NCBI RefSeq assembly: GCF_009914755.1 | Contig: NC_060928.1 | Reading direction: 5' to 3' (one strand) | DNA length: 64,000 bases | Source: the human T2T-CHM13v2.0 reference genome, Homo sapiens | In this document: positions 1 to 13,954 of the stretch, piece after piece | Layout of the letters: each line of letters starts with the position of its first letter | Numbering within the stretch: position 1 is the first letter of the stretch | Made by a program: the position numbers and the translations under genes | The notes under the pieces: model-generated | What the model saw: the letters and a program-made list of their open reading frames with translations, nothing else | Databases searched by the model: none | Told to the model about the DNA's origin: nothing

Positions 1-289
1 CCTGACTATATATTTTTTTTCCCCGCTTTGTATTATATCTATCTATTAACTGTATTGAATACCAAACGTAAATTTTAACTGTATGTGAGCTGTATTTTTT
101 TGCATAAATTGCTCCTTTCAAGTTCACCGTGCTCTCCACATTGCTAAATTTAATGTTCCTTTTCGTTTTTCATTTTGTTCACATGAGCATTGGATACAGT
201 TCCCTTTTATTATTTATTTATTTATTTACTTCTAAGATTACATATCTCCATTGGTTCCTCCTATCTTACTACTACTCTTTGTTATTCTA

Positions 290-1140
290 ACTTTCTCTGA
301 AAATTTCTATAGTCTTTAATTTCATGGAAAGCCCCAAGTTCAGTTATATGTCTTCTTTTCTTTTCCATCTAAATATTAATGACTCATTTGTTCTAATGGC
401 TTCAAATGTCATTTATTTACTGACATTCCCAAATATATATCTGTAATCTATACCTCTGCTGCAAACTGCATGCTCAGCACCACTACATTACATTCTAATA
501 CATAACTCAATGCCATAATTTAAAAAACTGAACTCTTGATCCTATCACCCAAACTAACTTTCTTCTCTCACTACTAAGCCTTCCACATCTCAGTTGATGT
601 CAACATCCTCTATCCTTCCAGTTGCTCAGGCCAAGAAAATTCAAAGTATCTTTGATTTCTCACACTCCATATTCAATGCATCAGAAAACCCTGATGCTTT
701 TGCCTATAAAAACAGATACATAATGCATTTGTTTTTCTTCATTTGCAGATATTGGTCCAAACCACTACCATTCTTGCCTGAATTAGCATAATGTCTTTCT
801 AATTCATATTTCTGTCCTTGCTCTACCTGCCACCTGACAGTCTCTAATTGTATCATTAACCATAGTGATCTCTTGGTTCTGTGCTTTACTCAGAATAGAA
901 GTCAAAACTCTTAGAATGGCCATCAAAGCTATGTAATCTTCCCCCAAGCCTTGCTGCCCAGTCTAATCTAACCTTCTTTCCTCTTCCTCACTCAACCTTT
1001 TTCAGTCACACTGGTCAGCTTACAAGATTTTAAACAATCAGTCATGGTCCCACCATAAGGCATTTATACTGGCTTCTGCTGCTGCTTGTAAAACTCTTCC
1101 TTAAATACATGTCCTTCAAACTCCTTCACTTTTTTCTAGT
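290..1140 (+). mobile_element. LINE-2 (L2a-like) 3' fragment
   Basis: L2 motifs: cccaaatatatatct, aaaactgaactcttgat, ccttccagttgctcaggccaagaaaa, ctcagaatagaagtcaaaactcttagaatggcc. Highly diverged; ends approximate. Confidence 0.8.
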
Positions 1141-1169
1141 GTGCTTAAAAAAAGAAAAAAAAAAGAAAA

Positions 1170-1471
1170 CCTAAGCAGGTTCCATTACAGGTTAGGAACT
1201 CTGAAATTAGAAAACCTGAATATTTTATAATTGACAAGTTTGCCCAAACTCTATCCTGAAGGAGACATTATCTTTATTACATTATCTTTATCTATATTTA
1301 GCCAGTATAAGAATTTGCCATTTGCTTCAGAGGGAACCACTATCTCTTATCTCTTGAGGGTGATCATTATTCAAATATCCTTGAAGAGATAGTCCAGAAC
1401 AAAGTCAATCAATGACTGTATTATCAAGACATGCAGAAATATCAAAGACACATGAAAAACTGTCTCACAAC
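1170..1471 (-). mobile_element. ERV LTR fragment (MER34/MER39-like class, family uncertain)
   Basis: gagacattatctttatt...ccttgaagagatagtccagaacaaag...tgtctcacaaca resembles the reverse of an LTR starting TGTTG. Family recalled from memory only. Confidence 0.5.
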
Positions 1472-1802
1472 AATTAATATAAAGAAGTCCTCTACATTAA
1501 AAAAGTAAATGTAAAAGAAAATTTAAAGAAATGGATTCACTCTGAAAGAATGCAAAAAGAAAATTTAGAGAACATGATTCACTATGAATGAACAATACCC
1601 ATATGAAATAAACAAGATTATTAGCAGGAAAAAGTAAATATTAAAAGCATCAGAAAATAGTCCACACCCATCAGAATGGCAAAAATAAATATCTAATAAT
1701 ATCATGTTTTAGTGAAGGGCCAAACAACAAAAATATTTATACACTGTGGCTACTGGTAGAAACGTAAATCAGTACAATTATTTTTTTAAAAATAATTTAG
1801 TT

Positions 1803-2087
<285 letters not shown>

Positions 2088-2228
2088 ATATTTAGTAAAT
2101 AAAAAATTGAGTATATTTTCTCATTTCCAAGTACCTATGCATAACATTTCTATTAACCAAGCTTTATTAGACATGTAATTGCATGCTTAGATATACATTA
2201 AGAAGAAAGGATGTGATATTAATTTTTT

Positions 2229-2612
2229 TAATTAGTCTGCTCAGGTTTCCATGCAAAATACCATAAACTTAATGTGACTTTAACAACAGAAGTTTATTTT
2301 AACACAGATCTGGAGGCTGAAAGTCTAAGATTAAGGTTCTGCCTGATTTGTTTTTTTGGTGAGAGCTCTCTGACTCGCTTATAGATGGTTATCATATTTT
2401 TGTATGGTCTTCCCCCTGTGCATGTGCTTGAAGAAAGAGGCTTCTCTTTGTTCCTCTTCTTATAAAGCTATTAGTTCTATGGAATTAGGGCCCCATCTTT
2501 ATGACCTAACAACCTTCTTTAACTCCTAAAGTCTCTATCTCCAAATACAATCATATTGGGGGTTAGGACTTCAACCTATGAAATTAGAGGGTACATAATT
2601 CAATTCATAGCA
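2229..2612 (-). mobile_element. MaLR solo LTR (MLT1A-like)
   Basis: ttagtctgctcagg...tctggaggctgaaagtctaagattaagg...ctccaaatacaatcatattgggggttaggacttcaac...catagca. Confidence 0.85.
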
Positions 2613-4982
2613 TAATTATAGTGTATAGCAATAAAAATGAATAAAATAGTGCTACATGTATAAACAAAGGTATAACTCACATACAGAATTTTGAGAGAAA
2701 TAAGCAAATGTCAGAAAAAATCTGACATTCAGGATAGTGCTTACCTGTGTGGTGGCAAGAGGGGATTGTATTATATCTGGGAGGATGAGGGGGACTCCAA
2801 TGTATTGGTAACATTTGATTAGTATCCATATGTTATTATATATTTTTGTCTTATCTTGAAATATTTTAAAATAAAGTTAAGTCTAGATAACAGTGAAGAA
2901 AATGTGTATACAACTAAGCTGGAGAACATTTTAAAATAAGTACATTTTGCCTTCTCCTCTGTAGTCTTCTTTAATGTGCTTCAAACTAACTAAGTCTTGC
3001 TCCTTTGCTTCAAGGACATATTTTCCTCTCTCTTTTTTTGGCAAATAAAAACTGAAGTTTCCCCTTTTCGCTTGTGCTTGACTAAGAACTCTAGAAAGGT
3101 GAAGATAGTCATCCAAGGGTGAAGTGAATAGAGATATCTGACCCACCAGGCCTCAGGTAGGGGCATCTATCAGTTGGTTCCATGGAAACTGAAAGCTGAT
3201 TTTGGTGTAGAGAGACTTGATCTGAAGGGAAAAAAAAAAAAAACAAGAGGGAGAGTGTTTGGCTAACCAAGCTTTACCCTGGATAATAGATCTCTAAGCT
3301 AATGAAAATGTTTTCTTTAGGAGTCATAGAATTGGTTAGAGTCTGAACTTTAAAAAAAAAATCAGTTTGGATCACAATCATTTTGGTCTAAATCGGTTGG
3401 GAACAGTGACTGAATATTTACTAAATATTTCCCTCAGTTTATTTGAGTGGTCCTCAGTATTTAATTTGATTTTAAAACTACTACAATGTGAGTTGGTTGC
3501 ATATTCAAGTCTGTGAACTAAAATTCATAGCTGCTGTATTTCCACTTGCCCAAAAGAGCTAAAACCATAAACTAGCAATTTTCCATGGCCTCCTACTACA
3601 TATTTGTTGTAGAAATCTTTAAACAATAATATTTCTTATTATTCTAGTTGATTATATGTTAGCTAAGTAATATTTTGATGAGTGTTTTCATATTACATTT
3701 TGAAGACTGATTTAGAAGGTAAAGGAATTCTTGAAACATTTGTAACATTTTTACACCGAAGATATGCACTTCTATAGCCACAAATTCACTTTATTATTTT
3801 ACAAACAAAACACATCTGTCATGGGATTTATCATGTTAATATGAATTGAACATCTCCTACCTCCTCTCCCCATTCTTTTTTCTGCTTTGTATTAGAATAA
3901 TATTACCATGCTTTGCAAAATTCTAAATGCACCACTGAATTAAAATTCTAAATAATCTATTTTTAATATGACACATTCACAGATACCACAATGAAAATGT
4001 GACATTTTTAAAATTTATCTGATCCTACTTAAAAAAAATACCTAAGACATAAATTAATTCTTCACCTTCAGTACTATAATATGTGACTAAAGCGTTAAGA
4101 AACTTTTAGTAACCTCCATTAATTTAGTAGTTCTCTTCTTTGAAAATGAATAAAAATGCAATCATGTGGAAGTTTGTATTAATAGAGGTGTGGGAGAGAG
4201 TATCTATATGCATGTGTAATTACACATACAAATTAGAGTTCTGAATAATAGTATCATTACTTTGAGAGATTACTGGGAAAATAAATGGAGCCTGTCTTCT
4301 ACTTAACAATTCTCTACTATTTTTAACTGCTGAGTGTACTAGCCATTTACCAAGATGCACTCTCTAATTTTAGAGTGAAATTGAACAATATTTTCAAATT
4401 ATTATGAAACTTTGAAAATCCATAGAAACTAATTTTTCTCTTTTTAATCAAACTAAAAGGGCCCAAGTTTCCTTGGGATATAGTATGAAAAATCATGATA
4501 CAATTAATAATTATAAAAAACTATATGACATATTAATAGAAGTATTTTATTAAAATTCTAATGAATAACAACATATAGAAACATGCACACACACAAACAC
4601 ACAAATGCAATACAGAATATAAGGTTTGATTTTTTTCCTGTTAGTTTCTTTCACTTACAGTAATGTTAAGTACCATTTAATAATTCACAGCTGAAATTTC
4701 TTTTAAGGTAAATGGTTGTGAATATCAAAACATAATTTTTTAAAACTTGTAAAGTTTACGTGGGTATATTATAGGATCTTAAGTCTTTATATGTATGCTA
4801 CAATTAGCTGTAATTATATATTCCTTGACATCTTAAAATAACATTTTTTAAAATTGATACAGTAAGTAAGAACATTGGGTTTAGACAGTTTTTCCAGTAT
4901 AACTGAACACTAGGGATTTGTTTCCTTATTTTGCTTTTTCTACTTTAGTGGACTACTTACCTTGAAGCTTCATCTGATAAAA

Positions 4983-5320
4983 GTGAGGCCATATAATTCA
5001 TTGTGTAAACTCCACAGTTTTGCAATTGAAAGGAGCTACAAAATATTTGGATTGTAAAATTTATATTATTTTTTTAAAATAGAAATAATTGTACCTAGTT
5101 ACAATAAAGCAATATTAAAAATAATATTCTTATTCATAATTTTTAACAGATCAGAATAATTATTCATAATATACATTAAATATGTTTATGGTGAAAATAT
5201 AATTTATTATTCAATTATTGATTATTTTGAGAGCACAGCAGGTTATTAATGATTACACCAAAAGACCTGTTGCAAACAATAGCACCATCGTGGATAATCC
5301 AGGAGGTATGATCAATCCAC
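4983..5320 (-). mobile_element. hAT-Blackjack MER94-like element, split by ~200 bp of AT-rich DNA
   Basis: gtgaggccatataattcattgtgtaaac...tgaaaggagctac (4983-5040) and ttattaatgattacacc...ggtatgatcaatcc (5242-5320) match the two halves of reverse MER94 as recalled. Confidence 0.45.
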
Positions 5321-5464
5321 AAAAATCAGAGTTTTACCCATATCTGCTTCTAATACTGTATTATTTGTATTTCTATAAATAATACATTTTTAAATGAATT
5401 ATTTTTATTGTTTCTAAATAATTAGCAGATTTCTCCAATGTATTTTTATCATTAGTACATTTGA

Positions 5465-5580
5465 AATTGATCCCTTTACTCTAATTTGATCCTTACACAT
5501 TGTATGCAAGTATCAAAATACTACATGCATGCCATAAATATACACAATTGTTATGTATCTATTTTAAAATTAACAAAAAA
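5465..5580 (+). mobile_element. 5'-truncated L1 (L1MA-like) 3' terminus
   Basis: tttgatccttacacattgtatgcaagtatcaaaatactacatg...ccataaatatacacaattgttatgtatc followed by an A-rich tail. Confidence 0.75.
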
Positions 5581-6913
5581 GAGGAAAAACCTCTATACAA
5601 TCAATACATTCACATGAACTTTAGTATTCTGTGCCCCCAAATTGCACTTTCTTCTAATGTTTTCTTATCATCTTTCACTTCTTAATATTTTTAATGAAAT
5701 ATCTCCTGCATGATTACATCAGATATTTTTCTTGCATGTTCATATAAACATTCCTCTCCAGGCCATTAACAACTCCTGGGACTGATTAATGAGAAAACTG
5801 ACTTTAATTTAGGGCTTTCTTAGAGCCCTCTGATATGAGTTGAGCAGCATTTTCTTCTAAGTCTGGACCTCTTGGGAGGAAACAGGCTTGGCTTTTCATG
5901 GTTTAAGATAGATATAAATGACTAATTGTCTTGGTCCAGAAAGATGCTTGTATTTTACTCTAGTGAGTTAGAAGATCTAGTTGGCCCATGTCTCAGGACG
6001 CTAAATTGGCACCAGAATCTTAATATAGGCAGAGATTTGAGAAGTAGACGGTAGACTGTGGTCATGCTTTGTAGAAGCCTGTATACGTATCCATAAGAAA
6101 GAAAACGAAATTAGGTAATTATCACATGGCAAGAATACCCATGTAATGACAGAATGTAGCCTACAACCTAGAGAGTAGAAATATAGTGGGCCAATGTTTT
6201 AGGGCCCTTATTTATTGGTAGATTTCTTACTCTAAAGAGACTATTAATATTATTATATTTTGAACTCAATTCCATGAGGAACTAGAACTGTATTAGGATC
6301 TTGTTGCTACTCATTTGTACTTTTTATCTTATATCATCTTTCCATTTCTTGATTGTTGTCTTGCAGAATAAACCAAGTCTGGAGCAATTTTAGTCATGTT
6401 TGAGTAGTCACTTGACTAATCCTTAAATATGGGCTAGACTTTTACATGCCCGGATCATTTGACAATGGCTTGAAAGTTTTGTACTCAGAAGAGATATGCA
6501 TTATTGAGTTTGTAGACTTGCCTTCAGTGGTGGGATTGTTTATGTCTTTTCAGTGGATAGCGGTTAACATTTTGCACTTTGGAGTCATTCCTGTTTTAAA
6601 TACTTGTTTTTCTTCTGTGTATCTGTAGGTAATCCTGCCCTGAATTATTTCTCATGAAGGATTTAGTTGTCTCCTTCTCAGATATAGCTACTGTTTTTAA
6701 CCTATTTATAAAATAAAACTTTTAACAAAATAACAAATATATCAAGAAAATACATCAATCACAAGTGCAGAAATTAAAGAATTTCACAGTGAACATACAT
6801 ATTCTATAAACATCTGGATTACAAATAGAAAATTAGCAGCACCTCAGAAGTTCCCTCTTTTTTAATCTCACAGATACCTCTACCTCAAATGTTATCAATT
6901 ACTCTTCTAACAT

Positions 6914-7218
6914 TGTTTTTTTGGGCTTGTGGTTGTTGTTTTAGACAGAGTCTCACTTTGTCACCCACGCTGGAGTGCAGCGGGGCCATCACGACTCACT
7001 GTAGCCTTGACCTTCCTGGGCTCAGGTGATCCTCAGCCTACTGAGTAGCTGGAACTACAGGTGCGTGCCACCACATCCAGCTAATTTTTGTATTTTTTGT
7101 AGGGAAGGGGGTTTCACCATGTTGCTCAGGCTGGTCTCAAACTCCAGAGCTCAAGCCTTCTGTCCTCCTCAGCCTACCAAAATACTGTAAGTAGAGGCAT
7201 GAGTTACCACATCCAGCC
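6914..7218 (-). mobile_element. Alu (AluJ-like) inside an old minus-strand L1 fragment (~6710-7280)
   Basis: Reverse Alu body with T/GTT tail. TSD actcttctaacatt (6901) / actcttctgacttt (7219). Confidence 0.93.
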
Positions 7219-8479
7219 ACTCTTCTGACTTTTATTAAAATACTTTTGTTTGATTATGAACATTATGTAAATGGATTTATACATATATTTTAGTGTTCAC
7301 GGAGGTCATGAAATGGCTTCTGTTTAAGAATATGTTTCTTGTATCTTGAAAAGGAGAAATTATATGAAAACATAAATAAACTCACAAGCATGAGAGCACT
7401 CACTATGACTGGCCTAATTAAATGCAATATTTAGGTTATCCGTAAAGTGAGGGGACATTGGTAATACAGTTAGTATCTTATCATACAAACTGAGAACAGA
7501 TCCAGATCCAGAATATGTTATTTTTGGAAATTATAAGGGAAAATCACAGCATTGACATTGTAAATGACTTTTAAAGGGCAGAAAACTTAATATCCACCCC
7601 TCTTAGAGTCTATAGTTCACACTGCAAAATATTTTTAAGGAAATGACCAAGTTAACCTTGGTTCTCAAGGTCTCTTTGTTTTTATTTTCTTTTCTACTTT
7701 CACATTATACTTGTAGTTCAAACAATGAGTTTCAGAGCAACATGATAGTGTACACATCCTCAATTTAATGCATTTAGAAGTCATTACTAATAGTTTTGTT
7801 GTTGTTGTTCTGAAAATGTTGAAATAACCCCAAAAGCTATGGGGTTACAAAGATCACTTACTGTTCTATGTCTCAATTTATGTGATTATAAGGTGAGAAC
7901 AATGTGTCCCATCTATTTTGGTCCTTGGGACTTTAAGATTTAATAAGTGCAAAAAATTTCTAAGGACTTTACAAGAAAGTAGGCATGTAAATAATATTAA
8001 TGACATGTCTGCTAGATAGTAATGGAAAATGTGAGAAACAGTATCTCCAATATCAAAAAAGTTAAAAGATTCACTTTTATCAGGTCTTAATACTAACCTC
8101 TAAGAAGATTAAAGATGCTTTTCTTCTGTGTAATAATCTCTGTAAGCTATTTAGCTCAAATTTTTAAAAAAGAATATGCCCAAATGATCAAAGAAGGTTT
8201 GCAGCATTAAGGAAAAAATATATTAAAAAAAATTATAGACGTATATAAATAATGTCAGATAACATGATAAATAATGCTTTAAGGAAAAAAACTACCAAAC
8301 CCCTTAACAATAAGATGAAAATGGAATACATACATCTGTCATCTGTAAAAGCTGGTGTCATTTAGAAGTGTAGAAAATGGTAGGAGAAGTGCTCAAGTGG
8401 TCTTTTGTTCTATCTTCTTTAGGAAGCGATGTGATCTTCAAAATGGAAAGAACAAAACAAATATATAGAGCATATCACA

Positions 8480-8890
8480 GGTGAAGAAATCATGCTACCC
8501 TGAATGAATTCAAAATCAAAGGTTGAAGGAACTTAGAGGAGCTATGTATGTGAGGTGATCTGCAAGCCAGCTTTGATACTTTATAAGCAATAGTGGAAAG
8601 GAAGATTTTTTGGAAAACTGCAAATGGACAAATGCTCCAAATTTACAAAAAAAAAAATACTCTGACCATATTCTAGATGAAATACCAAAGGGATGATTTT
8701 TAAATTTAATTTATTGAAAGAGAACACAACGGAAGACATTTTAAACCTTATTGGAATTGGAACATATACCTGTGTAAACATAATTATTTTACAGATTATA
8801 TAATAACAGGTGCCAAAATTTTAGTGATTTTTTTCTAAAGGATTTGACAAATCCCATTTCATTATTGTATTTGAAAATTGAGTAAACCAT
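8480..8890 (+). mobile_element. L3/CR1 RT-region relic, followed by a MIR core fragment (~8895-8960)
   Basis: ggaaaactgcaaatggacaaatgctccaaatttacaaaaa resembles the CR1 'DWRxANVxPIFKK' coding region. aagggatttgacaaa resembles 'KAFDK'. Confidence 0.45.
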
Positions 8891-9559
8891 GAAAACTTCC
8901 TTTGCCTCAGTTTCTCTCTATGTAAAATAACATTAAACTGGAATGACATTTAAATTGTCCACCACCAATATCAAAATTTATACCTGTTAGTACAAAATTT
9001 TAGTTTCTCTTTACAGCTGAAAAAACTAAGACTGTGTCTATTTGACTTGTTTTGTATCTCCTAAATATGTCATTCGTCACTGTTTTATAGGCATGTTGAG
9101 AAAATCATAGTAGTGACTATGGATTTTATTTTATTTTTCATGTTTCTTTTATGCCTTCTTAAATGAAAACATAAATATTTTTGTGCTTCTTGTCTCTGGG
9201 GCAATTATCACCCTACTGGTTTCATATCATTTTAGCCCATACTTATTTTGATAAAGTTTCCTCTTTCTTTAAAATCTACCAACTCTCTTGCTCTAAGCTT
9301 TTTCCTAATTCTCTTTATTTGAGCTTGTCTCACTTGTCTTACTCCTCTGGTGTCCTAGACAGCATTTTAAAAAACAGTCTGTTAAGAAGCTGCAAATAGC
9401 TGCTACCCAGATTTTCTCCCTGGTTTCTTAAAAGTACTAACATCAAACAGTTTTTGCAGTTTATACAAAGGAGAGGATTTGACAGCGATAGAGAGGAATG
9501 AGCCACCAGAGCAGTGATTTTTTTAGCATTAGAATATCCTAGTAATCATTTATAAAATA

Positions 9560-12500
9560 ACTGTGACCCTCATCTTTCCCTGGAACACAGACAAGCTTGG
9601 TTCCATGACCCCAGGAAGAAGAACTCAAGCAGCGATGGCACCCAGCCAGGCCATGCTTCCCTGGAGAGTGGACAGAATGGTACTCCTCCCAAAAGGGAGC
9701 AGCCCCTGAGCCAAGCTGCAGGTCTACCAGCTCCATACTTCTCTGGAGTGCATACCAGCCTGGCACCCTGCACCCAAATTAGCAGTACTTTCACAGAGCC
9801 ATCAACTCATCAGCCACATGTGTTTTGTGAGCACAGATCAACCTGGTGCTCTGCCTCCTTAGGAGCAGTGCTTGAGTCAAGATGCAGGGCAACCATGCTT
9901 CTCTGGAGTGCAGAGCAGAGCCCGTAGTCAAACCAGCCACACAAACCTCTGTAGTATAAGCCACTGAGGTCCTCACAGGCATTGCATACATTGCCTACAG
10001 CTGAAGAAACTCCACAGACACTACATTACTACACTGTCCAAACAAAGGCAATATACCTTACCCGACCCAAATCCTAGGAAACATCTGCAGGTAAAAGTCT
10101 TTCCCCATGAAAGCCACTCTACAAAACTGGAAGAGGTGACTGTCTTACCAAATGCACAGATATAATACAATGATACAAGAAAAATGTAAAATCAAGGATA
10201 CATGACACCACCGAAAACCACAATCACTCTCCAGTAACTGACACCAATGAAATAAACATACATACCTGAAAAAAATTTTGACAATATTATTAAGAAAACT
10301 CAGCCAATACAGATAGAAAATTGAACAAAAATCAGAGAAACAATTCATGATCTCTGAAATAAGACATCATGAATTGTTGAGAGAGAACTCTCATTTGAGA
10401 GACTATGAATTGAAATGAGGAATTCAACAAAGAGGTAGATATCATAAAAGAGAACCAAACAGAAATGTTGAAGCTGAAAAATCCAATGAATGAAATAAAA
10501 AGTACAGTTGAGAGCTTCAACAATATACTAGATCAAGCAAAGGAAGCATCCCTAACTTGAGGAAGGGACTTTTGAAATAATCCAGTAAGACACTCCCCCA
10601 AAACAGAAAAAAATAAAAATAATGAAGAAAGTCTATAGGATTTATGAGAAATCATTAAATGAACACATTTTACAAAATGAGATTTTCAGAAGAAGAGATG
10701 GAAAAGGTATAAGAAATCTACTTAATGAAATAATAGCTGAAAACTCAGGTCTTGGGAGACATAAGATCCAGATCCAGGAAGTTAAAATATTCTCAACCCA
10801 AATAGTCATAACCCAAAATGTCCCTTTTAAGGCACATATAGGTGAAGTGTCAAATGTCAAAGACAAAGAAAGAATTCAAAAATAGCAATGGAAAAGCATA
10901 AAGTCACATATAAGGAGATCCTCATTAGACTATCAGCAGATTTCTCTCCAGAAATCTTACAGGCAAGGAGAAAATGGGATGATATATTTAAAGTGATAAA
11001 ATTAAAAAAACTAAAACTGTCAGCCAATAATATTATACTCAACAAAACTATAATTCAGAAATTAAGGAGAAATAAAGTCTAAGACAAGGGTAAACTGAGG
11101 GAATTAATCACCTTTATACTTGGCTTACAAGAAATGCATAAGGGAGTCAAACACCTGGAAGTGAAAGGATGATAACCACCCTCATGAGAACACATAAAAG
11201 TAAAAAACTCACTGATAGAGAAGATACTCAAATAAAAAAAGAGAAAAAAAACAAATGCTACCACTGCAGAAAAAATACCAAATCACGAAGTTAAACAATA
11301 GAAGAAGAACTAAACAATGGAAATACAAAACACCAAGAAAACAAATAACAAAATGACAGGAGCAAGTCCTTACCTATTGATAATAAACTGAAATGTAAAT
11401 AGATTGAATTCTCTACTTTAAAAATTATAGACTGGCTGAATGTATATAAAGAAAATAATCAACTATATGCTGCTTACAAGAAACTCACTTCATCTGTAAA
11501 AACACACATAAGACTGAAAAGTGAAGAAATAGAAAAAATATATTTGATGCAAAAGGAAACCAAAGATGAGGAAGAGTAGCTATATTTATATCAGATAAAA
11601 TAGGCTTTAAGTAAAAATCTATAAACAGAGACAAGGTCACTATACAATGATAAAAGGATCAATTCCACAAGAGGGCATGACAGTTCTAAATATAAATGCA
11701 CACAACATTGGAGTACCCAGATATAACAAGCAAATGTTATTTAATCTAAAGGTAACAACAAATCATAATATAGTAATATTTGGGTACTTCAACACCCCAC
11801 AGATAAGCTAGATGAAGAAACAGCAAAGAAAATCACCTACCAGATATTTACAGAACATGTCTCCATAAACAGCAGAATACACTTTCTTCTCATTAGCACC
11901 TTTTACATTATACAGGATAGATCATATGCTAAGCCACAAAACAAGTCTCAAATAATTGTAAAAATCAAAATATTATCAAGTATCTTTTATGACCACAATG
12001 AAATAAAACTAGAAATCAATAACTAAAGCAACTTTGAAAACTGTATAAATACATGGATATTAAATAATATGCTACTGAATGACAAATGGATCAAAGAAAA
12101 AAATAAGAAAAAAAATTAAATGTTTCTTGAAGTAAATGGAAATAGAATCACAACTTACCAAAACCTGTGGGATATAGCAAAAGCAGTACTAAGAAGAAAT
12201 CTCATAACACTAAATCCCCACATCTGAAAAGTAGAAATATTTAAAATACACAATCTAACAACGCACATCAAGGAACTGGAAAATCAACAACAAACCAAAT
12301 CCAAAAGTAGTAGAAAAGAAATAATAAAGTTAGAGCAGAAATAAACAAAATATAGACTAAAAATACAAAAGTTCAATATTTTAAAAGCTGAGTTTTTTTT
12401 TGGAGAAAGGAAACAACATTGACAAAATATTAGTTAGACTAAGAAAAAGAGAGAGAGGGAAGTCCCAAATAAAATCACAAACAAAAAAGGAGACATTACA

Positions 12501-13790
12501 ACCGATACCTCAGAAATACAAAGGATCATTAGAAACTATTATGCAAAACTATATACCAACGAATTGAAAACCTAGAGAAAATGAATAAATGTCTGAAAAT
12601 ACACAACTTACCAAGATATATTCAGGAAGAAACAGAAAACATGAATATACCAATAATGAGTAATAAGATTGAATCAGTAATAAAAAGACACCCAACAAAG
12701 AAAAGCCCAGGACAAGACAGCTTCACTGATGAATTCAACCGAACTTTTAAAGAAAGTCGATTTTGTCGATTTTGTTTCCTTTGTCAAAAAAAAAAAACAA
12801 ACAAACCCAGCTTTAAAAATGCCAATACTAATACCAATTCTCAAGCTTTTCTAAAAAAAAAAACTGAAGGGAAAGAAATTTTTTATAATGCATTATAGGA
12901 TTCCAGCATTACCTTGATATCAAAAACAGGCAAATGCACAACAAAAACTGAAACTAGAGTCCAATTTTCCCTCCCTTCCCTTCCCTTCTCCTTCCTTCCT
13001 TCCTTCCTTCCTTCCTTCCTTCCTCCCTCGCTCCCTCTCTCTCTCTCTTTCTTTCTGATAGCGTCTCGCTCTGTTGCCCAGGCTGAAGTGCAGTGCAGTG
13101 GCGTGATCTCGGCTCACTGAAACCTCCACCTCCCGGGTTCAAGTCATTCTCCTGCCTCAGTCTCCTGAGTAGCTGGGTTACAGGTGCGTGCCACCATGAC
13201 TGGCTAATTTTTGTATTTTTAGTAGAGACAGGGTTTCCCCACTTTGGCCAGGCTGGTCTCGAATGCCTGACCTCATGATCCGCCTGCCTCAGCCTCCCAA
13301 AGTGCTGGGATTACAGGCGTGAGCCACAGCGCCCGGCCGAGGCCAATATTTTTGTGTGAACATAGACGCAGGATACTCAACAAAATACTAGAAAATTGAA
13401 TCCAACAGCACATCAAAAAGATTACAGACGATGATCAAGTAGGACTTATCATAGGGACATGAGAATGGTTTAATATACAAATCAACAAATGTGATACATC
13501 ACTTCAACAGAGTAAAGGGCAAAATTCATATTACCATCTCAATATATGCAGAAAAAAGCATTTGACAAAATTTAACATTCTTTAATGATAAAAAAACCAT
13601 GAATAAATTAATTATAGAAAGAATGCATTAAAACATAAGGAAGTCCATATATGAAAAACCCAAACCACCATTATACTGCATGAGGAAATGTTGAAAGCTT
13701 TCCCTCTAAAAACTGGAACAAGATAAGAGTGCCACTTTCACCCATCTTATTGAACATAGTACTGGAAGTCAGAGGAACTGGCAACAAAAA
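9560..13790 (+). mobile_element. 3'-truncated LINE-1 (L1MA/L1M-type): 5'UTR, decayed ORF1 and first part of ORF2
   Basis: ORF1 remnants in track ORFs 10622-10885 and 10888-11082 (IRLSADFSPEILQARRKWDDIFKV). ORF2 start atgacaggagcaagtcc near 11353. ORF 12581 (KKSPGQDSFTDEF). Multiple stops and frameshifts. Confidence 0.92.
12966..13338 (-). mobile_element. Alu (AluSg-like) whose tail has become a (CCTT)n/(CT)n microsatellite (12966-13056)
   Basis: Reverse Alu with the gacctcatgatcc 2-nt deletion. Degenerate TSD gagtccaatttt / gaggccaatattt. Confidence 0.95.
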
Positions 13791-13954
13791 TAAATAATCA
13801 GTATTTATATTAATCTAATTATTCTTGCCCAATTATTAACTGCTAACTGGTTAAACATTTATTCAATTTTTAAGTTAATTTCCCACATAGGCTATATTTA
13901 TGCTAAAACCCCTTCTCAGATGGTGTAAATTTGTCCTTGCTTTCAAATACTGCA

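Noticed and set aside
5700-6680. Moderately complex 1-kb segment as a processed pseudogene
   Set aside because: No sustained reading frame, poly(A)/TSD or recognisable homology. It may be an old TE that I cannot identify.
7825-7847. taacccca...tggggtta hairpin
   Set aside because: An 8-bp stem is expected by chance in 64 kb and has no context.
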